DNA from: Elusimicrobiota bacterium
GTDB taxonomy: Bacteria > Elusimicrobiota > Elusimicrobia > F11
Length of the DNA stretch: 32,241 bases
Direction: 5' to 3'
Assembly (NCBI GenBank): GCA_046153645.1
Contig: JBJXGI010000049.1
Span: 1-32,241, forward strand
Position 1 is the stretch's first letter. Each line of letters begins with the position of its first letter. Under the pieces are notes generated by a model, which worked only from the letters and a program-made list of their open reading frames with translations, was not told the origin of the DNA and made no database searches. The translations under genes and the position numbers were made by a program. Shown here piece after piece: positions 1-7,045 of the stretch.

Positions 1-1812
1 CCCGGCAGGCGCATTTACAAAAACCACTTCACCTGTTTTAATGGTGAAAACTTTCCGGTTACCATTACTTTCAAGACCACTCACAATAAGACCTGTAGCA
101 CGAGGATCCAATTCCACGAAAAAGCCATTTTCATAGCTTAAATTTGAAGTATTTAATACTTTGGTTCCCAAATTAACTTTTACACCATTAATCACTGCTT
201 CTTGTGTCACTCGAATAAAGCCCATTTGAGTAATGCCAGGAATAAAAATTTGAACGTGATTTATGTTTTGGGTTCCGATCGGACGAGCCGCATAGAGCTG
301 ATCGTTACGGATAATTATAATGGGGTTCCCATCGGGGCCAATTTCTCCGGTTTCTTCACCTGCTGGAGAAAGTTGCGCCACAGGATTAAAATTTTGAAGA
401 CCTGTTAAAGTAGCGTCAAATAAAACAATTCCAGAGGTCAAATCAAATTCTTTTACTGAACCATCTTTATTTAAAAGTTGAACTGTCATGGAGACTGCTT
501 CAGGGTGAACATTCATTTTAATTCCAGATTTGTAATCAGGAATACTTTCAACATCAATAAGATCAGTTGTGACCAGGCGACCATCAGCTAACTTTTGAGT
601 GATGCGAATAAGCGCATTTTCTGTCGGAAGTGCTGGGATTTGGACACGCGCTTTATTGGGTTGCCCAATCACATTGGGGATATTGGCAAATAATGTATGC
701 CGCACAGAAGGCGCATTGGGCCCAACTTCAATTTTTGCCGGGTTTAATTGAGTGGCCACATATAACGGCGAACCAACACTCACGGTATCAAAAAAATCAA
801 CCCAGCCAGTGGGAGTGGCAAAAGGAATGCCTCTCCCATTTAAATCTTCTAACCCAACCAAAACACCTGTGATACCCGGGTCAAATTGAACAGGAATTCC
901 TTGAACAAAGGTATCGGTATTGGCAGAAATTAAATTGGTCGCCTCAATGCTTCCATCGGCCCTCACCACAAAAACCCGGAGCTGTCTATTAGACGCATTA
1001 GGAATTTGGGGAAGTTGAACTCGCATCACCCCACCTTGCACAGCCAGTTCAACAGGAACAGAGGCATATAACAAATCTTGACGTTCTACTTCTTCATTAT
1101 CAATAACAACCTTAGCAGGCCCAAAAGGAGAGCTGCGCATGTTTTCTGTTTCACTTGGTGAGAGTGGTTTAAACGTGGCCCAACCGGTAGCAGGAGTAAA
1201 GTTAATGGGATTGCCATCTTTATCTACTTGGGACACCGCCACTGTTTTTGTGTCAAGGAGAAGGGAAACTTTGAGGATTCCCCCCACAATATCTCTGCTT
1301 GGAATGAGGCGGGTTCCAATGACTGTATCATCTTGAGATCTTTCAATGACACGAACATAAGTGGCTTGATTTGAAAAATCAGCTTCAATTTGAACCCCAG
1401 TTCCTAACCCCTGCGCCTCTGGACGAATAGCAAAAAGTGTGTCTAACCGTGTTTCTGACAGGGGAGTTAAAAGGCGTGCAGGCGTATCCAGCGGAGTTAA
1501 ATTGCCTAACTTTATAGAGTCCACATTAATAGGAAGGTTATTGCCCAAATCATCTACTCGCACTAAATTTCCTGAAGCGTCTTTTGTATAAATGATCACT
1601 CCCGCTAAATCAGCGTCGTCTCGTTTTAATATATAACCATCCAGATAATTTTTTTCAGACAAAAGTTCAGTGACAGATAAAACAACAGCTTTTCCATCTT
1701 CACCACGTTTAATGCGAAGCACGCGCGCGAAATATTCTTTTCCATCATTCAGAAAAGGGATTTGCACCTTCATGCCATCTTCATCGGGAGAACCTCGGGG
1801 TAAGATTTGGCG
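1..1812 (-). repeat. Tandem ~121-131 aa protein repeats within giant protein A
   Basis: Units start at Arg codons 1812, 1449, 1083, 702 and 309 (RQILPR, RLDTLFAIRP, RQDLLYASVP, RHTLFANIP, RNDQLYAARP), with recurring VQI/VQL, (I/V/L)R(V/I), DG and G-x-x-F elements. Similarity is visible only at the protein level. Confidence 0.7.
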
Positions 1813-4800
1813 AATAGGGAAACCGTCTTTCCCTTTCAAATCAATTCCCAAACCGTTGACGGCAATCACGTTGGCATCAGGCGATGGTTCCGTTTTTGGG
1901 ATTAGTTCAATAAATGGATTGGGAAATACTTTAGAAACAATGCTTCCATCAGGATTAATGGTAAAGGCTGAAAATTGGATCCCGTGAGCGTCAACACCTT
2001 CAGGCACAGCTAAAGTGGCTTTTGGGTTATTAAAAAATGAAACGGGCATAACCTCAACAAAACTTTGAGCGGAAGCAGGGTTACCAATGAAACTTTCTCC
2101 GCCCTCATTTATTGTTACCGCAATTCGATCATTAGGACCAAACCCAGCTGTGTTAAAAATATTAACTTCAAAAGCACCAGTTTGTTCATTGGGAACACCC
2201 GGGAGATTATCTGAGGCGTTTCCAACTAAGGTGGTAAAGTCAGGCACTCCATTTATTGCGGTTGGGTTCGCGGAAAAAGGTTTCCCATCCGCAGCCAAAC
2301 GATTTTCTAATTCAATATTTTGTCCCAATGAAGGTTTTGAAGCCTCTTTTTTGTCTTCAAAAAAACCGACCACCTTATCTTGAACAGTATCCGCAAAATC
2401 AATCACACGACCCCAGAGACGATCAAAAAATGGTAGTGGTGCTGTTGGCTCTTTCGTTTTTCCAGCAGGCGAATTCTCTTCTTTTGGACTAACGTCAACA
2501 CCAGAATTGGTTACTAATGCATTCAAATCATAGGGTTTTTCTTTTTCTGGTGTTCGATATGTACCTTGCTCAACCAAGCTTTTAGAAAAATTAACAACAA
2601 TAGGCGAAGGATCCTGAAGATCTATAGGCGCGAGTGCGGATGAGTCATCATCTCCCAAACTCCTCAACCAATGTGCCACCGGATCAACAGTATTCGACTC
2701 TATTTTCTGTGGAGAACGAACATCAATCGCCCATCCAGTCAAATCTAGATCGTCCGAAGACTTAGAATCCACATCTATTGGTTGAAAATTGTCATCTCCG
2801 GAAGCCTTAGTTGGAGATCCAAGCTCTGGAGTGGTAGATTCCCGACCCGCTTGCTGGCCGACGGGCAGGCTAACACTTTCAGGGATGACGGGCTGTGCAA
2901 TTTGATCTGGCAGACCATCTTTATTTGCCTCCGTTACGAGAATTCTGGAACTCTTATCAAGCTGCATTCTGGATTCGACGTTTTTTGGAGCAACCTTTAC
3001 CTGCGGCCCATCATTCTTGCCTAAGCCGTCATCCCGGCGAAGGCCGGGATCCAGGTCTTGCACCATATTTTGAAGAGGGTTTAAAGCCTGGATTCCCGCC
3101 TGCACGGGAATGACGGCCTGCGTACCCTTTGATGAGGGATTTGTGACGGATACAGCGGGAGTGCCGGCTGCCTTCGCTCCAAACATAGGGTTATAATCAT
3201 AAGGACGAAGAAGTCCTTTAAGAAAATCTTCTTGAGACACATTTTGAGAATTTGTTTTACGAGCAATTGACTTAACGAGGAAATATATAGCAATAACCAA
3301 TAGAACTGCATAAAAAGCGATAGCCTCGGGCCGCAATAAAGCTCTAACAACTTTTTCAGAAGATCCTATTATTGATGCCTGAAGTTGATTATCTTCAAGG
3401 AGAACATAGAGCATTGATAAAAACGCAACCAGTGCAAAACGACCAGTCAACATTTGCATTACTTTTCTAAAACCGCGGCCGAGATAGTTTCCTAAGGTGT
3501 AATTGGTACGCGTTGTTTGGTCAATCGCAAGTCGATAGGTTTTCCCTCTAAAAGGAATGGTTAATAATACTCCTGCTAAAACTGCTAATGATGTAACGAC
3601 GGCGGCGATATTGCCTGTTTGAGTGGTGAGAGTCACCGGGATTGTTTCTTGCCCAACAGCCATGCTTGGAATAGCGGCGAGTAAAGCTAAAAAACCATAT
3701 TGCGTGGAAGCGGCGGCATCCGAACCACCGGGCAATTGCTTCTCAGGAATAACAAAAAGTCTTTCTCCAGAAAAAATTTCTTCGAGGGGCGTTTTATCGC
3801 GGTCAAAAACACTTAAATAGTCACTTCCTGCCAAGTCGTCAATCTTCGTTAATCGCGGTGAAACAACCAAATAAGGAATTTTCTTTTGTTTGAGTAAAAA
3901 CATGATGTCTCTGGAATGGAAACCACCGGTTAAAATAACACGAGGGCGATTTGTTTTTACTTGTAGAACGTTTTTCAACATTTCTTGGCTTCGAATATCG
4001 GCCGATCGGTAAAAATCTTCGAAAGAGTTGAGGGTCTCAATTAAGACATTCGGGGATGAAGAATCTTTCATTTCCTGGTAAAGTTTCCACTCTTCCGGAG
4101 TTAATTCAAATTCAATTAATTTTTCTGCTAATCGAAGATATTCTGAGGTTTGGGCTATTTTTTTATCATTGGCGTCGCGGGAAAGCGTTTGTATGAGCTG
4201 GCGTTCTGTTTTTTCAACACTTTGGAATAAAGAATCAACTTTAATTCCATCAGACAGAAATACGTACCGAATATAATTATCAAAATGTTTAAACTGCGTT
4301 AAATGAATGGCTTTTTTATCACATAAATCTTTTAAATACCGGTAATAAGCGCCAAAACCCATTTGACCTGATTGGTAAGCCACACTGCCCTTGAGCAACT
4401 CTTCTAATTCTGTTTTAGATAATTTCCCGGCCAAGGCATTAACAACGGTGGCTCGCTCCTGCTCAATACGGCGAAAATCAAGCGATTTTTCCATTTGATA
4501 CGCTTGCAAAAATTGCTCGATATGAAGATCCATGTTGTTATCAAGCTGGCTTAATTTTTCAAGGTATTGGGCAAACCCCATTTTCCCTTCATGATAATGG
4601 TCGCGAAAATTTTCAAGCTTTTTCACGCCATCTGAAAGCTGGTTATTTTTAATGCTTTGGAATTCTTTTTTAAATTGAGAAAGCTTTTCTTTCGTGAAAG
4701 ATTTGTTTTTTTGGCTTTTTTGGTAAGCCTCCACATTATTTCTGTAATGTTCAGCGTGATCTATACCTATAATAGGAGGAACAGGATTATTTGAAATACC

Positions 4801-5373
4801 GACAAAAGAAGCCGCTCCCATCAATTTTTCTTTGACAAAAGATTCAGCCAATTCTCTTTTCAAGTTTTGATCCACCGCAACTTGATAAGGCGTAAAATCA
4901 AATTTTTTCCATGCCCCTTCAACCCCAAAAACACCCAATTGATTGTTTTTCATCAGTGACTCAATAACAGCAATCTCATTAAACTGAGCTTCCGAATTTA
5001 AATGGACATCTTGAATGAGAACAACTGGGATGGTATTTGCGGCACTCTCTTTTGGCCAGTAAATATCTCGAACTTGGGCTTTATGGAGAGGAACAGCTTT
5101 CATTAAATTGGTTAAAGGAGAAGGCACATTAATATTTTCAAAAGAGGTGAGGTTTTTACCGATTGTCTGACTGATCACTTCGGTTCGAGGAAGTTGTGGT
5201 ATGAAAGAAGAAGACTGCCCCGGGAGTTGCGCTAACTGCTGTTGGGTTCCTTTCTTCCGATCTTCCCAAATATTGGCTTCAGCCAAAGACCCCAACGCCA
5301 CTTGAGTGGAGAAATAAATGATACTCACAAAAAGACTCGTGAGCCCCTTAAGATTTTTTGTTTTTAAGTTCAT
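1..5373 (-). CDS. Giant secreted/membrane multidomain protein A (3' partial, >1790 aa)
   Basis: Manual read of the minus frame from ATG 5373 (alternative in-frame ATG 5397) to base 1 found no stop. It begins MNLKTKNLKGLTSLFVSIIYFSTQVALGSLAEA-NIWEDRKK (signal-peptide-like). Conserved domain with IQDVHLN, VEG, DIRS, GGFH; hydrophobic segments ~3270-3700; low-complexity linker; beta-rich repeats. Absent from the ORF track because it lacks a stop in the window. Confidence 0.9.
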   Translation of the reverse strand, partial: MNLKTKNLKGLTSLFVSIIYFSTQVALGSLAEANIWEDRKKGTQQQLAQLPGQSSSFIPQLPRTEVISQTIGKNLTSFENINVPSPLTNLMKAVPLHKAQVRDIYWPKESAANTIPVVLIQDVHLNSEAQFNEIAVIESLMKNNQLGVFGVEGAWKKFDFTPYQVAVDQNLKRELAESFVKEKLMGAASFVGISNNPVPPIIGIDHAEHYRNNVEAYQKSQKNKSFTKEKLSQFKKEFQSIKNNQLSDGVKKLENFRDHYHEGKMGFAQYLEKLSQLDNNMDLHIEQFLQAYQMEKSLDFRRIEQERATVVNALAGKLSKTELEELLKGSVAYQSGQMGFGAYYRYLKDLCDKKAIHLTQFKHFDNYIRYVFLSDGIKVDSLFQSVEKTERQLIQTLSRDANDKKIAQTSEYLRLAEKLIEFELTPEEWKLYQEMKDSSSPNVLIETLNSFEDFYRSADIRSQEMLKNVLQVKTNRPRVILTGGFHSRDIMFLLKQKKIPYLVVSPRLTKIDDLAGSDYLSVFDRDKTPLEEIFSGERLFVIPEKQLPGGSDAAASTQYGFLALLAAIPSMAVGQETIPVTLTTQTGNIAAVVTSLAVLAGVLLTIPFRGKTYRLAIDQTTRTNYTLGNYLGRGFRKVMQMLTGRFALVAFLSMLYVLLEDNQLQASIIGSSEKVVRALLRPEAIAFYAVLLVIAIYFLVKSIARKTNSQNVSQEDFLKGLLRPYDYNPMFGAKAAGTPAVSVTNPSSKGTQAVIPVQAGIQALNPLQNMVQDLDPGLRRDDGLGKNDGPQVKVAPKNVESRMQLDKSSRILVTEANKDGLPDQIAQPVIPESVSLPVGQQAGRESTTPELGSPTKASGDDNFQPIDVDSKSSDDLDLTGWAIDVRSPQKIESNTVDPVAHWLRSLGDDDSSALAPIDLQDPSPIVVNFSKSLVEQGTYRTPEKEKPYDLNALVTNSGVDVSPKEENSPAGKTKEPTAPLPFFDRLWGRVIDFADTVQDKVVGFFEDKKEASKPSLGQNIELENRLAADGKPFSANPTAINGVPDFTTLVGNASDNLPGVPNEQTGAFEVNIFNTAGFGPNDRIAVTINEGGESFIGNPASAQSFVEVMPVSFFNNPKATLAVPEGVDAHGIQFSAFTINPDGSIVSKVFPNPFIELIPKTEPSPDANVIAVNGLGIDLKGKDGFPIRQILPRGSPDEDGMKVQIPFLNDGKEYFARVLRIKRGEDGKAVVLSVTELLSEKNYLDGYILKRDDADLAGVIIYTKDASGNLVRVDDLGNNLPINVDSIKLGNLTPLDTPARLLTPLSETRLDTLFAIRPEAQGLGTGVQIEADFSNQATYVRVIERSQDDTVIGTRLIPSRDIVGGILKVSLLLDTKTVAVSQVDKDGNPINFTPATGWATFKPLSPSETENMRSSPFGPAKVVIDNEEVERQDLLYASVPVELAVQGGVMRVQLPQIPNASNRQLRVFVVRADGSIEATNLISANTDTFVQGIPVQFDPGITGVLVGLEDLNGRGIPFATPTGWVDFFDTVSVGSPLYVATQLNPAKIEVGPNAPSVRHTLFANIPNVIGQPNKARVQIPALPTENALIRITQKLADGRLVTTDLIDVESIPDYKSGIKMNVHPEAVSMTVQLLNKDGSVKEFDLTSGIVLFDATLTGLQNFNPVAQLSPAGEETGEIGPDGNPIIIIRNDQLYAARPIGTQNINHVQIFIPGITQMGFIRVTQEAVINGVKVNLGTKVLNTSNLSYENGFFVELDPRATGLIVSGLESNGNRKVFTIKTGEVVFVNAPAG
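2791..2889. repeat. Degenerate palindromic element 2 (GTCAT...ATGAC) in frame inside giant gene A, with a nested 24-bp insertion
   Basis: Inverted arms gtcatctccggaagccttagttggagatcca and (reverse complement, after removing 2846-2869) gtcatccctgaaagtgttagtcgggaatcta match at 22/31. Total length 99 bp = 33 codons. Confidence 0.7.
3025..3117. repeat. Palindromic element 1 (RPE-4/dRS3-like REP doublet) in frame inside giant gene A
   Basis: gccgtcatcccggcgaaggccgggatccagg ... cctggattcccgcctgcacgggaatgacggc. Each arm is itself a hairpin and the two arms are inverted. 3092-3111 is ATTCCC-N8-GGGAAT. 93 bp = 31 codons, translated AVIPVQAGIQ...LDPGLRRDDG. Confidence 0.9.
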
Positions 5374-5520
5374 GTTTAAGTTTATCCATGAATTCATAAC
5401 AAAAGGGTATGAAGTTCGCATTAAGATTGCCTTAACTTTTGGTAAATTTGTCGTAACATTTTTCGATCAGATTTTTGTGTTCCAGTGCCCTTTTTATGAT
5501 GTTCATGAAGATTCCTACCA

Positions 5521-5549
5521 AACTTACGACGGGAAAGCAGTAACTGCAA
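5521..5549 (-). promoter_or_regulatory. Putative sigma70 promoter of giant gene A
   Basis: Minus strand TTGCAG-17 nt-TAAGTT, about 150 nt upstream of the start. Pattern match only. Confidence 0.35.
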
Positions 5550-5654
5550 GAGATATATTGGGGTTTCTAAAGGTTCATAACAGGTTTCAACCGAATTCAG
5601 GCTGTCTTTTCAAAGCGTTTTAGGTTTTTAATACAAATAAAGAGTTTAAAACAA

Positions 5655-5883
5655 CCCCTCACCCTAACCCTCTCCCCGAGGGAGAGGGGAGATTTTTTCT
5701 AAAAAGAAGTGAGCACTGTTTTTCCCAAAGAAGGATCAACCTCTTTTCCCCTCGCCCGATTGCGGGAGAGGGGACATTTTTTTCAAAAGAAGTGAGTACT
5801 GTTTTTCCCAAAGAAGAATCAATCTCTTTTCCCCTCGCCCGCTTGCGGGAGAGGGTTAGGGTGAGGGCCAGGCACCCCCATTC
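5655..5883. repeat. REP-like palindrome cluster (left), with an internal ~84-bp tandem duplication
   Basis: cccctcaccctaaccctctccccgagggagagggga at 5655-5690 and inverted copy cccctcgcccgcttgcgggagagggttagggtgaggg ending ~5867. The linker aaaagaagtgag(c/t)actgtttttcccaaagaag(g/a)atcaa occurs twice (units start 5680 and 5764). Confidence 0.9.
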
Positions 5884-6193
5884 TCATTTTCTCCAAAACC
5901 GCTTCTATTTGACTCAAAACCTCATTATTCCAAAATCGAATTACTGTTAAACCTTGCGTATTAAGATAACGGGAACGAATTTCATCATAAAAACGACTCT
6001 CATCATGATGTCCGCCATCCACTTCTATAACCAACTTCAATTCATAACAATAAAAATCAACTATATAAGGGCCAAGGGGCACTTGCCTTTTAAACTTATA
6101 TCCAAAAAATCTTCTGCTTCGGAGTTGGTACCAGAGAACGGATTCTGCTTTTGTTTGATCTTTGCGAAGTTGCCGAGCGAAATGAATATCCAA
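5819..6193 (-). CDS. DUF559 / Vsr-like (PD-(D/E)xK-type) endonuclease
   Basis: ARQLRKDQTKAESVLWYQLR...FKRQVPLGPYIVDFYC...LVIEVDGGHH...D..R...L...G..VIRFWNNEV are DUF559 hallmarks. The start is probably TTG 6193, preceded by AAAGGAAGG (the track uses 6244). The C-terminus PHPNPLPQAGEG is encoded by the REP. Confidence 0.9.
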   Translation of the reverse strand: MDIHFARQLRKDQTKAESVLWYQLRSRRFFGYKFKRQVPLGPYIVDFYCYELKLVIEVDGGHHDESRFYDEIRSRYLNTQGLTVIRFWNNEVLSQIEAVLEKMRMGVPGPHPNPLPQAGEGKRD

Positions 6194-6250
6194 AGTTTGC
6201 CTTCCTTTGGAGAGGATGGTTGAAGGGGGTTTGTAGATTAGCAAATTTAT

Positions 6251-6396
6251 CCCTCACCCTGACCCTCTCCCCGAGGGAGAGGGGACACTTTTTTCTAAAA
6301 AGAAGTGAGCACTGTTTTTTCCAAGGAAGGATCAACCTCTTTTCCCCTCGCCCGCTTACGGGAGAGGGTTAGGGTGAGGGCCAGGCCCCCCCATTC
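6251..6396. repeat. REP-like palindrome cluster (right), direct repeat of the left cluster
   Basis: ccctcaccctgaccctctccccgagggagagggga, then the same linker, then cccctcgcccgcttacgggagagggttagggtgagggccaggcccccccattc. Same order and orientation as 5655-5883. Confidence 0.9.
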
Positions 6397-6460
6397 ATAT
6401 ATTTCACTAGAGTGTTTTATTCGTATTGAAATAGTCTCAATACATTTCAAGATTAAAGGG

Positions 6461-7045
6461 TTAGTCTTTTTTCTGAATTTTCATTTTTAGGAAGTTTTTT
6501 AAAATTGTTTTTCCACCTTCCGTTAAAATGGATTCTGGATGAAACTGAACCCCTTCCAGAGCTTTTAACTTTAGATGGCGAACACCCATAACTTCACCTT
6601 GACTTGTTTTGGCGGTGATTTCAAATTCGTTCATAATGCTGGTAGGTTCTGCCAATAGAGAATGATAACGCGTAGCCGTAAATTTATTAGGAAGCCCCTT
6701 AAACACCCCTTTCCCGTCATGAATAATTTCTGAGGTTTTCCCATGCATGAGTCTTTTAGCACGAATAATATTGCCACCAAAAGCGTGGCACATCGCCTGG
6801 TGCCCCAAACAAACTCCCAAAATAGGAATTTGACCTGCAAATCGACGGATGAGATCAATGGTAATTCCGGCGTCTTCCGGACGACCGGGTCCGGGAGAAA
6901 TAACAATATGCGATGGTTTAAGACGGCGAATAGTATCTAAATCAATCTCATCATTTCGGTAAATCTCTAATTTTTGACCCATCTCGCCCAAATACTGAAC
7001 CAAGTTATAAGTAAAGGAATCATAATTATCAATCACAAGAATCAT
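6461..7045 (-). CDS. trpG: Anthranilate synthase component II / glutamine amidotransferase (TrpG/PabA)
   Basis: IDNYDSFTYNL, SPGPG, GVCLGHQ, RYHSL, QFHPES; overlaps the trpE stop. Confidence 0.9.
   Translation of the reverse strand: MILVIDNYDSFTYNLVQYLGEMGQKLEIYRNDEIDLDTIRRLKPSHIVISPGPGRPEDAGITIDLIRRFAGQIPILGVCLGHQAMCHAFGGNIIRAKRLMHGKTSEIIHDGKGVFKGLPNKFTATRYHSLLAEPTSIMNEFEITAKTSQGEVMGVRHLKLKALEGVQFHPESILTEGGKTILKNFLKMKIQKKD

Larger units (their letters stand above)
5655..6396 (-). mobile_element. Candidate REP-flanked DUF559 element
   Basis: A single nuclease gene bounded by ~145-bp direct repeats made of REP doublets, lying between trpG and giant gene A. Mobility is inferred. Confidence 0.5.

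Noticed and set aside
2780..3350. Intergenic region or pseudogene break splitting the left gene in two
   Set aside because: The minus frame remains open through both palindromes, so the gene is continuous.
5374..5420. Shared upstream motif between the two giant genes (aac(t)ttcata...ataaac...ATG)
   Set aside because: Too short and AT-rich to distinguish from chance with two examples.
202..5623. Short ORFs in the track (e.g. 1670..1987, 2782..3024, 3081..3350, 5318..5623)
   Set aside because: They are antisense or off-frame shadows of giant gene A with no recognisable motifs.
5655..6396. CRISPR array or CRISPR-like repeat-spacer structure
   Set aside because: The spacers are near-identical copies, repeats alternate in orientation, and there are no cas genes. 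This is a REP/BIME-type layout.
5954..6490. ORFs 5954..6223, 6096..6335, 6151..6372, 6305..6490
   Set aside because: They are antisense to DUF559 or translations of the REP (PLSLGERVRVR, LTLTLSPRERG).
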